Notes under the pieces: model-generated
What the model was told of the DNA's origin: nothing
The model's database searches: none
The model's input: the letters and a program-made list of their open reading frames with translations, nothing else
Position numbers and translations under genes: made by a program
Part shown: positions 23,701 to 36,282 of the stretch, in pieces
Position numbering within the stretch: the stretch's first letter is position 1
Layout of the letters: each line of letters begins with the position of its first letter
Source of the DNA: Xylographa opegraphella
Taxonomy: Eukaryota
DNA: 64,000 bases
Direction of reading: 5' to 3'
Assembly (NCBI GenBank): GCA_022813865.1
Contig: JALDZX010000045.1
Location: 1 to 64,000, forward strand

Positions 23701-25328
23701 ATGCAGGTCCCTCTCATAAGACTGCAATGTGGTGCGTTCTATGAATTTGTTAGATAATTCGGGATGTTGGAATTGACACATTTCCAGGTGTCAATAGTTA
23801 TGATTGGGGTCAGTCATGTTCTTTCCGTTATCTGCGTGGTCTACTGGGCTGAGAAAGAGCATAGGCAAGGTCGGGAAGGCGTCAGCGGCTGCAAGGTTTG
23901 CGGCGGCCACACCATCTGGCGACTTTTCCATTCAAGAGGACAAGCCATATGCAGAAGTACGATTGAAGTCGTCAATTTGCTATCATATCCCTCTCCCCGC
24001 TGAAACGTTTGTCTAGCTATGGATGGGCACTCATCCTTCACTCCCATCGAAGGATTTGGAGACTCAGCGGACGCTCCTCGATCTAGTGCAAGACAATCAA
24101 GCGCTGATGTCGACGGAGATTGGTCATCGCTATGGCGGAAAATTGCCCTTTCTCTTCAAAGTCCTTTCTATACGAAAGGCCTTGAGCATCCAGGCTCATC
24201 CTAACAAAAAGCTGGCAGAAGAACTGCATAGAAAGGACCCGAAAAACTATCCCGGTACCGAGCTTTTGTCTGGCTCTCCACATAGAATCTACTGAACCAG
24301 ACGACAGATGACAATCATAAGCCCGAGATGACCATCGCTATAACGCCGTTTGATGGTCTTTGCGGCTTCCGCCCATTGGCAGAGATCTCCCATTACCTAT
24401 CTGCCGTTCCGTCCCTACGGAAACTGATTGGTGACTCCGTCGCAGATGAGTTTGAGAAGGCTGTCGAAGGACACGAGACTTCGAGTGACCAAAAGGACCT
24501 CGAGAAGAACAAGAAGGCCTTGCAAACTGCGTTCTCTGCGCTTATGAAGTGTGAGAAATCAGACGTGGCCGCCGCAGCAGAGGACTTGGTGAAAGCTGCG
24601 AAGGAGGAAGGTGAAACCTTTGCAGGAAATGGAGGGCCTTCGAATGGAGGTCAGGAGCTTGCCGATCTTGTCGTTCGACTGAATAGCCAATTCGAAGGAG
24701 ACATCGGACTGTTCGTCCTATTCTTCTTAAACTATGTCAAGCTCGAGGTCGGAGAGGCCATGTTTCTCAAGGCGGATGATATCCACGCATATCTCAGCGG
24801 AGGTGCCAGGCACAGTCATCTCCAAAGCGCAGAACTCAAACTGACCTTGCTTCAGACATTATCGAGTGTATGGCCTCATCTGACAACGTTGTCCGAGCCG
24901 GGTTTACTCCGAAATTCCAGGACATACCGACTCTTACAACTATGCTTACGTACTCCTATGCTCCTATCTCAGAACAGAAGATGAACCCGTTCGACTATCC
25001 ATATGCCACTCTCAACAGTATCGCCTACTCCTCGGCATCGTCCACAATTCTCTACGATCCACCAATTGAAGAGTTTAGCGTCGTGAAAACATATTTGAAA
25101 AAACAAGGCGCCAAAGCCACTTTTGAAGCCATCGAAGGACCAAGTATCGTCATTTGTACCAAGGGTCAAGGCAAAATTAGTGTAGGACCCAAAGTGGAAG
25201 ATATGAAAGAAGGTTTCGTATACTTCGTCGGAGCCACAGCCGAGCTGGTACTCGAAAGTAGTTGCGACGATTTCACAACTTTCAAAGCATTTTGCGATCT
25301 GACTGGGAAGGAGGGGTCAGGGAGCTGA
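23701..25328 (+). CDS. PMI40: Mannose-6-phosphate isomerase (class I), about five introns
   Basis: [85 protein letters not shown]. Confidence 0.96.
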
Positions 25329-25594
25329 TGATAATGTACGACTTAGAGAGCCACGAACGACGCGCACGATTTGTAACGATCAAGACTGTGTAGCTTTCGA
25401 TTGGGGTTCTGTATCCTTGGTCTACAAACCGCACTTGGTAGAGCATGGTCGCTAGAGTCAAAACGCACCACACAGAGCTTTGGTCTCTGAAGCTTTCTAC
25501 CTTAGCGATATAGATGGAAGCATATTATTCCTTTAGAACTCCGTAATGCATGAGGAATCCCGGATATGTACAGTTTACAATACGAGTACGACCC

Positions 25595-26017
25595 TCAGTT
25601 GCTCCTAGCTCCACCTTTTGCGGCTCTAATCTCGTCCTGCTTTATCACCCGCTTCGTATATTCATTGAATTGGCATTTCTCGTAGCTGTGTCTTTCATCC
25701 TGCAGTGAGGGTCAAACACAGCACTCTTCAGGACTCAATGCCGCAGCCTTACCTCACATTTCCATGGTAGGTAGTATTCCTTGTGTCGGCAGCGATTCAG
25801 CGGTATAAGTAGATGCGCGCAGCTATCTCGGTAGGCTAATGGCAGGCGTGCATCGGACATTTCCTTTCTCGAAGCCGCTGAAGAGTGCTCAATGTTAGAT
25901 TTTGAATCCATTGTGAAATGTGAAGATAGAGATCAAGAGCATACGAGCTGAAGCTCCATCTTCCAGGCCAATTGCATGCTTTACAGTCTCCATAATTGTC
26001 GATCCTTCCCTAGACAT
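25595..26017 (-). CDS. NDUFB7: NADH:ubiquinone oxidoreductase subunit NDUFB7 (B18/NB8M), three exons; absent from the ORF track
   Basis: Manual translation: MSREG..AP|ASRKEMSDARLPLAYRDSCAHLLIPLNRCRHKEYYLPWKCE|DERHSYEKCQFNEYTKRV..; twin CX9C. Confidence 0.93.
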
Positions 26018-26140
26018 CTTGTTCGAGAGGTAGAGGCTCAACCGTGTAAAGCTCAATGCTGCACTCAAGGAGCATGGCTCGCCTATTGGGATGCGGTAGC
26101 GGAGTAGAGCTAGTCTCGATCAGAATTAGCCTTCCACTTT

Positions 26141-26165
26141 ACGCGTTACTTCGGCAAGGCGCGTC
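26141..26165. promoter_or_regulatory. MCB element ACGCGT plus a near-match GCGCGT in the NDUFB7/MBP1 divergent promoter
   Basis: ACGCGT at 26141-26146 and GCGCGTC at ~26159-26165. Confidence 0.45.
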
Positions 26166-26379
26166 TTCTAAATTCGACATCACGAACTCGATATTCATGG
26201 CCAAGAGCGCCGACTGGATACCTTGAGCAGCTTGTACGATTGTACCATTGGCTGAAGAAAGAGGGATTGTGGAAATATTCCATAGAGACGAATTGTCTCC
26301 GTTTCTCAACCGTATATTTTAATTTCGTCCAACTTTCGCACCATCACGGAATCGCGCGAGGTAGCACTTCAACACGAAC

Positions 26380-28579
26380 ATGGCGCCTACCACAAAAGAT
26401 GTTAAGAATATGATATGGTCTGCTACCTATAGTAATGTACGTCATTGGTTTTACTACCACGGAAGTTTTGGATCTTCGACTCAAAGAATATCGTTATATT
26501 TTCTTTTGCTAATGAACGCATAGGTACCAGTATACGAATTCAATGTCGAGAACAATCATGTTATGCGCCGACGCTTGGATGGATGGATCAATGCAACGCA
26601 GATCTTGAAGGTGGCAGATTTTGATAAGCCAGCCAGAACAAGGATTTTGGAGAGAGAGGTTCAAAAAGGCATCCACGAGAAAGTGCAAGGCGGCTATGGC
26701 AAATATCAAGGTTGGTGGTCAATTATTCTACTGTGGTCGTGCAAGTCTTACAGACGATATAGGAACTTGGATACCCTTAGAATTGGGACAGCAACTCGCC
26801 GAGAAGAATGGTGTCTACGAGAAGCTAAGGCCCATTTTTGATTATGTTCCCGGAGATGTCACGCCGCCACCCGCCCCAAAGCACACTACTGCTGCATCAA
26901 ATAAACCCAAGATTCCGAGAGCTCCTGCGGTGCGAAAGCCTGCCAGTACGTTTTCTTTTCTTCTTGATTTCCTAAGCGATCCTCCTTGCTAACCAGCAGA
27001 ACCTCAACTAGTTCCCGTTCCACGCCACTTCAACGAAGACAACTATGATAACATTAGTGCTCAGCTGAACGACGACGACGACTCTCCAGACAACACTACC
27101 ATTGTGTCTGAGTCCATGATTGATGACGAAGAATCTATCCAGCATGGCCAATACTCCACATCGCGAAAGCGGAAACGCATCACAGAGCAGTCAGGTGAAT
27201 GGGCAAGGCAGGAGGAAGAAGACACGATGTATTCCGATGCGCTCCTTGACTACTTCATGCTACAAGAAAACGACGTACCATACAATATGAATCCGCCGGC
27301 AATACCGAAGGGATTTCGTATAGATCGTTCAATTGATGATCAAGGTCATACCTCTCTGCATTGGGCAGCTGCAATGGGAGACGTGGACATTGTCAGAGAC
27401 CTCATCAACCGAGGCGCTAATCCCAGTGTTCGTAACCTTCGTGGAGAGACTCCACTCATCAGAGCATGCTTGTTTGCCAACAGCCATGAGAAAGGTACAA
27501 TGGCAAAGCTTGTGCATATTCTCCGCAATACTATCACTATTCCGGATCACTACGGTGGCACTGTTTTTCATCATGTTGCTTACACGGCTCACAGTGGTAT
27601 GAAGTCTTCTCGTGCTCGCCATTACTTGGACGTTTTAATCAACAAGCTCTTCGAGACTGTATCGAAGCACGAAGCAATGGCATGTCTCAATTTACGTGAT
27701 CAAAGGGGGGAGACTGCGCTACACATTGCAGTTCGCCATTCTCGACGCTGCACACGTGTTCTGCAAGGAGCTGGTGTTTCCAGTGACATTCCTAACCACA
27801 ATGGCGAGACTGTGGATCAGTTTCTTCAGAAGAGGCAGCATAAGAAAAGTGATATATCGTTCTTCTCGTCTTCTCCAGTACAAGCGGAAGCTACTTTGTT
27901 GAATGGCCGCGGGCATGGGCCGAGATCATCACCAAACTTCTCTTTCTCCCAAGACAGCTACCAAGCCAAGGCCTCCAGGGACTTTTCGGAGTCGTTCAAT
28001 ATTATCAATCAAAAAGCTTATGAGCTCGTTCAAGCTGGGGAAGCAGAAATACTCCAAATGCAGAGCGATCTCGACGACGCTGAAAGACTCCTCCAAATAG
28101 CCTGCAGTGAGCGAGCTGCCGTTCGCCAAAAGACTCTACAGCTGAGCGCCATGATGGAGGACGATGACATGGATAATCTCGAGGAAGAAGATGCTCTACT
28201 AATCAAAGAGGCAGAGGCTATTCAGGAACAAATTCAACATCGCGCCATTCACAATCTAGTCAGGGGAGAAGAGGCGAAAGTCGCGCACAGATCAGGCGAT
28301 GTTGCTGAAAATGATCACGAACTGAACGCTAAGTGTGCTGTTGCGCTTCAGCTCTGGGAAGAGCAGAGCAGAAGAAGAGAACTGACGAAGGAAACCGTAC
28401 ACTGCCTCGCGAACGAGGGCATGAGCAAGACAGGAGAGCAATGCAAACAGCTAATGTCTATCACGCTGGGTGTACATCCACAGGATCTGCCAGGTATGGT
28501 GGATGATGTATTGGAGGAGCTAGAGATGGCGAAGGATGACGATGGTGGAGTAGAGGTGGTGGATGTCATGGTAGAGTAG
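26380..28579 (+). CDS. MBP1: MBF/SBF DNA-binding subunit (APSES/KilA-N plus ankyrin repeats), Mbp1/Res-like; three introns
   Basis: [50 protein letters not shown]; ankyrin [20 protein letters not shown]. Confidence 0.92.
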
Positions 28580-29400
28580 TGGTTTTCGGGTTGTGGAGCG
28601 CCTGACGCTGTACGATTAACAGGCCATCGTATTGTACTATCTATGCCGTCGGAGGTCTGTACACGATCTGTTGTCAGATACCAAAGCGAGCTGTTCGTGC
28701 CCTGCTTTACTACTACCACTTGCTTGGGCTTAGATATAGCTTGATCATTTGTGTAGCATAGCAAAGGTCTATCGAAAATTCGTTCTCGCGGCTGTCATGG
28801 GAAATTACTAGTGACAGAAAATGCACTTGCAGTTCCAAATACACTTCCTTGATTTGTCCTCGGACTGTCTGCTTTATATCCTTTTGGCAAATCTCCAGAC
28901 GCGATTCATTGGGATTGGCCTTCTCCATGATGGGAAGTGCCTCTCCGTCGTCTGAAATCAGACTGTTTCAAAGCTGACCGGCCACTTCCGCGAGCACTTT
29001 ATGAAGAATCACAAGTCGAGGTTCTGTTTGCCTTGCTCACGGGATGCATGTCCACTGCTGTCACTGTTACATTACTGCCTCTCCCATCTTCAGCCGTCTT
29101 TCCACATATCTTCAGAAGTATCTGGCTTCGGCATACGTGAGCTTATTATTGACCGGACGCCGGTGGAGAAAAGCCAGCAGTCAGATGGACCATTTCATCT
29201 CACTGTCCACCCCAAAATTTCAATTCCCATTCAACAACCCACCAAACCCAATTATTGCACTTCCTCCATCCCTTACAAATCCAATAAAAAGGTCTTCCCC
29301 ACTTCCAGACCGTCGCCCACACCCTTCCAAAGGCTCCCTCGCACACTATCTCCCATCCCCGTCCCCATCCCCTCCCCTCCACCTCCCCTCCACACACGAC

Positions 29401-29619
29401 CTACTTCCAATAAACCAACACCCCACTCCCCACCCACAACTGCACCATCAACGCGCGCGCCAGCCTCTCCGCCTGGGACAGCTCGGCCAGCAGCCGGTGC
29501 CGCTCCATCGAGAAGTGCATCTCCCTCTCCCGCAGCAGGTACTGCTTCGCGCGGTTGATGTTCTCGAGCTCGTAGATGACGCGCCGCTGCATCTCGACCG
29601 TGTCTTGCGTGTGGGCCAT
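29401..29619 (-). CDS. Orphan 72-aa helical/coiled-coil protein
   Basis: ATG in good context (aaaATGG); G/C-ending codons; amphipathic helix pattern. Confidence 0.4.
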   Translation of the reverse strand: MAHTQDTVEMQRRVIYELENINRAKQYLLREREMHFSMERHRLLAELSQAERLARALMVQLWVGSGVLVYWK

Positions 29620-29719
29620 TTTTGGGAGGGAGGCGAGGGGGGCGTGGAGGACTGCTCTGGTGAGGTGTTAGTGGAGAGGGAGTGTATGCGGAGGGGTGGG
29701 GTTTGGGACCAGTTTCGAG

Positions 29720-29722
<3 letters not shown>

Positions 29723-29816
<94 letters not shown>
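29723..29816. repeat. Poly-G homopolymer, 94 nt
   Basis: Read directly from the sequence. Confidence 0.95.
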
Positions 29817-30212
29817 CTTGTGTGTGGGTGGAGGAGGAGGGGAGTTGGGTAGCCACAGACAGGGTGATGTGAGGCTGTCGTGGTTTGTGGAATCGAGGGG
29901 CGGTAGGTCTGTCGGACGAAGAAAGCTGGCAGACTCGAGTCTGGGAGAGACTGGTAAAGTCAAGATAGTTTTCGGACACTGATGAACAAAGACATCACGA
30001 AAGGCAGTAGAAAGGTATGTGTGTTAACAAGCTTGTCATCCATAACAGCCGCTGTTCGTGTTGTAGATAACCCCAAGAGCATGCGCAGGTGTCCAACGCA
30101 TACGTCACGACGCTCGCGAAGAGGTGTTGATGGTGTCAAGGTCCAATCATCCGATGACCAGAAGCTTTATCATAGAAACGGTCGTGATGCGATAGAGTGC
30201 ACTGGAGGCTTC

Positions 30213-31073
30213 TCAAGATCCCGACCCATCCGACTCTGCTTTCGCGCCTCCATCCTCGCTCTTCCCGTCCGTAGCCTCATCACCAGCTTTCCTTCCATGC
30301 CCGTCCGTATCCCCATCACCATCCACTTCCACAACGCCCTTCCCATTCTCTGGCGCCTCCAGCTCAGCCAACACCTCCACCTTCTCCTTCCCCTTCCCTT
30401 TTCCCCCCTCCTTCCCCTTCCCCTTCCCCACCTTGCCCTCCTCGATCTTTTCCTTCAAAACCACCTCCACCTCCTCCAACGCAAAAAACTCCTCCTTCAG
30501 CTTCTCCATATCCGTCTCCAGCCACTTGATCCAGCGCTCCTGCGCTGCGATCCAAAGGTCCATGGTCGGCGCATCCACCTCCGCCATGATGCGCAGCTCG
30601 GTCTTCTGCGCGATCAGCGCTCTGGTCTTGTCGATCTCCGCCTCGCGCGAATGGTAGCCGCGCGCGATGCCGCCCTGCCGGTCCAGGTTATCGTGCAGCT
30701 CGCGCACGAGTGGGTTGGTGAGTGGGGTCGACAGGTGGTTGTAGCGCTGGGCTGCAGGTGTGGGGGCCCTGGGCGGCATGGTGGAGGGGTTCGCCGCGTG
30801 GACGGGGGGCGTGGGCTTCGGTGTGGAGTCGTTGCATATGTTCGTATCGGTTGTTATGGTTGCTGAGGGAGCATCGGTCGTTGATGGGGGTGAGATCTGG
30901 GGTAGAGACATGATGACGGATGTACGTTGGACGGAGGTGGTCGCTGAGGGCGATGTGGTGAGTGGGGACACGTTAGTCGGTGGAGGGTGAACGGAAGTGA
31001 TCGTTGAGGCCGAGGTGGTGGGTGGAATTTGAACGGGGATGATCGTTGGGGCTGAGATGGTGGGCGGAGACAC
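30213..31073 (-). CDS. Orphan protein with P/T/S-rich N-terminus, coiled coil and K/G/E-rich tail; start uncertain
   Basis: 286-codon ORF; the central part has G/C-ending codons and a heptad pattern. Confidence 0.5.
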   Translation of the reverse strand: MSPPTISAPTIIPVQIPPTTSASTITSVHPPPTNVSPLTTSPSATTSVQRTSVIMSLPQISPPSTTDAPSATITTDTNICNDSTPKPTPPVHAANPSTMPPRAPTPAAQRYNHLSTPLTNPLVRELHDNLDRQGGIARGYHSREAEIDKTRALIAQKTELRIMAEVDAPTMDLWIAAQERWIKWLETDMEKLKEEFFALEEVEVVLKEKIEEGKVGKGKGKEGGKGKGKEKVEVLAELEAPENGKGVVEVDGDGDTDGHGRKAGDEATDGKSEDGGAKAESDGSGS

Positions 31074-31523
31074 AACGGTGAGTACAGGCGGAGGGAGCCC
31101 GCCGTTGAGTCAACAAGAGCGTCGAGTGAAGCATCTGGGCCCGTAATCTTGGCGGGTGACCCATAGGAGCGTAACTCAGCGGTGTTACTCTTGATGCGCT
31201 TTCTCAGAGGCAATGCTTAGCTTGCCTATGCTCGACAAGTTTCAAAGAGCTTGGAGTGTGGCGTGGTGTGACCAGAAGTCTGGGTTTGAGTATTACAGTG
31301 GCGGTCTCACATCGTCCTTTTCAATGTTTGACAGAGCAGTGCACTATGAAATCAGACTCACGTAATGTGCACGGAGATCATGAGCGGTTCCCGGGCAGTA
31401 TTGATCGATGGACTGTTCCGTCTCGTTTCCCGCATGCCTTATATATCAAAGCCAAAGGCCTTATACTGTCGCTGATGTACAAGAAGCAGTCGCAGGAAGA
31501 CGAATGTTGGCTTTTCATTGGGT

Positions 31524-32029
31524 CTATCCCTGCTCGGTATCATGGGCTGCTTCTTCCAGCGCAAGCTTTATGTCGGCTTCCAGGGCAAGACTGATGCGTG
31601 CCATAATAGCACGGACCTACAAGCAAGTCAGCGTACTCCTGCAGATCACCTGAATAATAGCCAACCTTGTCGGCAATCTGAAATCTTAGTTCTTCGACTT
31701 GGCTGTACATCTTCTCCAGCTGCGCGAAGGCTTCTTCACAGGCGAGGCGGCGGCGATTCAGTTCCTCGCGAACCTCCAGTTCGACGTCGTCAATGACCAC
31801 GAAGTCGACGTTCTCCAAGCTTCGATGAAGCATGCCTTTCGCCATCTCGTACCTTTTTATCCAGCAACCCCATATACGCAGGATATGCTCCGCCAGATCA
31901 GCAACTTTCTTGTAGTCTTCACGAGCTACATCCAATGCAACATCGTCTGCTGACGGAGCTGGCCTGTTGAAATATGTACCGTTAGTGTCATTCCCATGCT
32001 AAGCATCAAACTCGATTTACTTACATCAT
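31524..32029 (-). CDS. Orphan helical protein (~130 aa), three exons
   Basis: ATG AT|GTAAGT..CTAAC..CAG|G CCA (intron 31964-32024) is in frame with ORF 31540-31935; a second intron (~31617-31665, GTTGGC..GCTGAC..TAG) gives the tail VRAIMARISLALEADIKLALEEAAHDTEQG*. Confidence 0.7.
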
Positions 32030-32757
32030 GGCACTGATGCCCGCTTTTGTGACAACTGTCAAGGGGCAATAGCAAGGGCAATAGCAACTGGGGATCTTTA
32101 GCCTGTAGTCTTCGATATATCCTTTGAATTTTTCATACCTAATATGAAGAGAAATGATCTGTAATGAGGAAGGTAACGCGTTATTCGGATTGTTAACGGT
32201 TTTGATTCATATGTACTGGAAGTTGCTATAAGTCATCAGTATATCGGTCCCCAAGCAGAAGCAATGCACGACCAACCAAATAGGCCACGTTGAAGCTTAG
32301 TACGTCTGTGATCTTCCTTACTGGTGCAAACAACACGTTGATCGTGCGTTGATACGAATGATCGCAGTGTTTTGAAAGTAGTTATGAGTCGTGTGTATCT
32401 CCAACGCAAAGAAGTAGCAATACACGATCAACCGATGGAGGAAGCTTGGAATATGGTAGCAGCAACAATCAAGCTTGCTGAAGGAGGTATAGGAAACAAT
32501 CTACCTTGCTGACGAGAATGTTAAGGGAGGACAGAAGCCCAAGCCTCAATTTCATGCCAAACTTAACCGCCATAGCCGCGGTATTCACGGTCTCTAGACC
32601 TCGTGGAAAATAGTAGAGCAGCCCATATGGTTTTCTCACAAGTAAAGACAATTCATTGATCTGGAGGCTTCGGCCGAAGAATCCCACCGCCGGGTATGCC
32701 ACTTCGAACGCCATAATGCCTCCTGGATGGATCCCTTCTTGGGCCGCACACATCCAT

Positions 32758-33988
32758 TTAGGGCTCGCCGGCGCCATTCTTGACATCCTTCAAGATTTCA
32801 TAGCCAAACTCATCCTCAAACCTCTCCGGGTCCATACCTAACGCGTTCCTGTATCCTCTGACCTCATTCTGCAGTCCAGCGATGATACGTAAAGGTACAT
32901 CTTCCTCCTCGCATCTCAGTCTATACGCGGTCCTGAGCATTTCCACACTCCGCATAAACTTCGCGTGCCAATCGTCCTTCTCTAATCGCGTTGCCAGATG
33001 CGCATCTTTCTCATCCTGCAATAGTTTGTTATACTCTCTAGATATCTGGCCTTTCTCGAGACTCTTCACATAGGAGAAATTCCGGATGTCCGCCACGATC
33101 GAGTCCACAGCCGCCTCATACTCGTGTATAAGTTTGATATTCTCTCTCTGTTCGCGGACGAGAATCTGTTGGGCATGCTGCAGCTGATTCACTTGACGGG
33201 TAAGATCTGCGATACGAGCAGCTTTGGATAACATAACCAATTAGTCCAATCACAAGGAAACAACAAAAGTGCTCTGTGACAGTCCAGGATCGACGCTAAA
33301 GACAATACGCAGAACATGACTTGACCCATTGAGTTGAACGATAGAGCCACGGCAGGGGAAGCAGGAGATAACATACCAGAAATTTCATGATTAGCTTCCT
33401 GTAGGGAAGGACTTGCTTCATTGGCAACGGCTCGTGTCTATAGTCAATCGTATTAGCTTCGGATGATCCTAGAAAAACATAGAAGAGGAAGGCTATATGC
33501 TGCGCAGCATTTTAGACGGTCCAACTCATCTCGGGCCAATAGCACTACTCATACAAGATATAACAAGTACAAGAGAGAGCTAGAAAGGGAGCAATGTATA
33601 AATGGACAACTGAACGCAATACCCATCCCGATGATGACCACATTCATATTCAACCCAAAAAACATCATTCATATAGCAAGAAGTCCGTACTGACCGCCAG
33701 TTCCTCCGCCCCCGCGACAATCCCTTGTGTCTTCTCCCGATTGTCCTTCAGCACCTCGCTCAGCTCCATCAACCGCTGGTACACCATATTGACATCCATC
33801 TGCTGCCCTGCACTGAAAGCCAATCCCATGCCCATACCGTTCATACCCTGCCCCACCCCATTCACGCCATTGTTGCCTCCCTGCTGGCCCTGCTGCATCG
33901 GCGATGGCGCCTGCCTCTGCACAGGCCCGTTCCCGGCAGGGCTTTCCAGGAACGAGGGAAAACCGCCATTGGTGGCGTTCAGGCTCAT
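32758..33988 (-). CDS. Coiled-coil protein, probably the STRIPAK SIKE/Far3-like subunit (SCI1/SipB family); three exons
   Basis: GQQMDVNMVYQRLMELSEVLKDNREKTQGIVAGAEELA|TRAVANEA..EIS|AARI..EYE..IRNF..YNKLLQDEKD; introns 33438-33694 and ~33222-33376; family call from memory. Confidence 0.7.
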
Positions 33989-34605
33989 ACTGCCGCGCCC
34001 GTCGCGGCTGAGGCCCAGCGCGAGGTTCAGATGGGGGAAGAGCTTCGGATTCGGAAAATTGGACTTGACTGAGGTCTGCGAGGTCTCAGCAGCAAAGGGC
34101 TCCTGAACGATGATTGGCGTACTAGGCGCGCTGTCTCCGGAGGCGGTTGCTTGGCGGAGGCTGAAGTCTGAGGAGCAGCGCCGTGGCTGGGATGAAAAAT
34201 TCGCCGTCTGGTCTGGGTTATACGCGTTCTGTTCGTAGTTGCGGCGGTGGTTAAGAGATCCACGCTTTCGCACTTTAATGCGATAGCGAGGGATCGATAT
34301 GCTACGTCTTGGGACCGGATCTTCCATGATTGTCGACTTTGACTTGAAAAGTCTAGGTTGCTGTGTGAAGCTTCACTTACATGAAAGTTCGGCACCATAC
34401 AGACGCCTGCACCAAGGAACCGTGAATGTGTGTCCTCCACAGACAACTATTGGTGTGCTTCCGTGAATACAGCGTTAGTCACAAGCGGAATAGTAACTCT
34501 GTTACTTGCTTCGTTCCATGAAGCAGGAGAAAGAGAGTCATCTTGAGGCAGTTGCAGATTTGCAGGATACTCATGCATATCAGAATTATCTAAATGAACG
34601 AGCTA

Positions 34606-35746
34606 TCAGGCCTTTGATTGCAGATCGAGGTCATAAGTATACTTGAGATCTAAGTGCCAATAGTTCGGTGTCGTCGGCTTTGTCACAAGCCAAGCTTCGT
34701 CCAAAACCTTGACGACCTCCTCTGGAAGAGGCCCCTTCTCTAGATCTGTCAGATTGCTCTTGAGTTGACTCAAACTGCTGACACCAATAATCACGCCATC
34801 TCTTCCTCCATTTGTCATCTTCAGTGCCGAATGGTGGACACACCATCGAAGCGCGATCTCCAGAAGTGTGAGGTTGTGCTTCTGAGCCACGGGTTCAATC
34901 ATTCTCAAAGCATCGAACGTGGCGTCCCTGAAGTACCGCTTGCGATACATTCCACCACTCTTCGCCGTATCGCTGTACCGTCCTTCTGTCGGTACCTCGT
35001 GGCTTTTATATTTGCCTGAGAAGATCCCTCCTGCCAGCGGGTTATAGACGACCACATCAATACCGTATCGATGGCAAGCGACAATGGTCTCTGTCTCCAA
35101 GGAGCGTGCTACACAGATTTGTCAGCGGTTGATATGATAGAAGTTATGAAGGATGACTGACTGATAGCATTGTACATCCCCTGGTAGATAGTTGGTCTCA
35201 CCCAGCCCCTTTCCTTGCAGGTAATGACCACCTCCGCCACCTCATAAGCTGTGAAATTACTCAGACCGAGCTGCACAAACTTCCCCTCCTTATGCAGCTC
35301 ATTTACCTCCTGCAGCGTCTCCGTGAATGGAACCGAGCGATCAGCAGCGTGGAGGTAAAAGATATCAACGCAATCGGTCTTCAACTCCGCCAACGACTTC
35401 GTGAGCATCTCCCTTACTTTGGCTGGCTTGTGGAAGCCAGGCTCGCCAGGGTACCATTTGGTTGCCAGTGTCAATCCGCGCTCTTTCCAGTGCGCAGCAG
35501 TCGTGAAAGCCTCTTGTTTGCCACCAACGTATGTGCGGGCTGTGTCGACTTCGTTATACCCTTGGGACTGGAAGTATTCGAGACATTTGTTGTATTCATC
35601 GAGAGAAGTTATGCGAGCGCCGGCATCTTCATCGGGCCCGAAGGTCATAAGACCAAGGATGACCTGCAAATGGTTGTGAGTAGATGAACAGCAATGTTGA
35701 CGAGGAAACGTACCCTGGGCTTTGGGTTTTGTGTGAGAAGAGGCAT
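34606..35746 (-). CDS. Aldo-keto reductase, AKR7/aflatoxin B1 aldehyde reductase family; two introns
   Basis: MPLLTQNPKPR|VILGLMTFGP; DTARTY; LATK; DIFYLHAADR; LGLSN; YQGMYNAI; YNPLAGG; ALRW..HHS. Confidence 0.93.
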
Positions 35747-36282
35747 TGTGGAAATATCAGAGAAGTTGCTAGTGATCAATACGGTGACACCTGAATGGAT
35801 GTTTACGAAGATTGAATCTGGATATGTCTGAGTGCTCTCGGTCTTGACATAAAGTATGGCGGGGTGTAAACATTAGAATGACGTTCGCCACGACCCCACC
35901 ATCCCCATCATTGTACATTCATGTCCGGTGGAGCTGCAATGAGATTCTCGTGGCTAAATCGGATAACGGCACTAGTTATTTGAGAGGAAATATTTCCGTC
36001 CAGTAAGAGGTAGGAAGCAATCCTGGTATGCAAACGTCCTTAACGATCGGAGCTGGCTGCTGAAACCCTAATATCCATCCACTGGGGTTACGTAGTGTGT
36101 TGCATGTCGGCCACGGGTATATTGAAAGCATTCGGGGTCCAAATCATGGCACAAAATCTGTTTTATGTCTGGACAAGAAGGTCAGAAAGTAGCAGATACC
36201 CTCCGATTTCTACCCACTTTCCCAACTCACTCCCAGCTCTCCAAAACACCCTGCGCCAAACCGAAGTGCCCACCATATGAAA

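Noticed and set aside
29044..29982. Poly-Gly and poly-Pro ORFs (312, 171 and 103 aa)
   Set aside because: They are products of the G homopolymer and C-rich low-complexity flanks
34600..34620. AKR C-terminus -SKA as a cryptic PTS1 or readthrough site
   Set aside because: SKA is not a standard PTS1, and TGA is followed immediately by TAG
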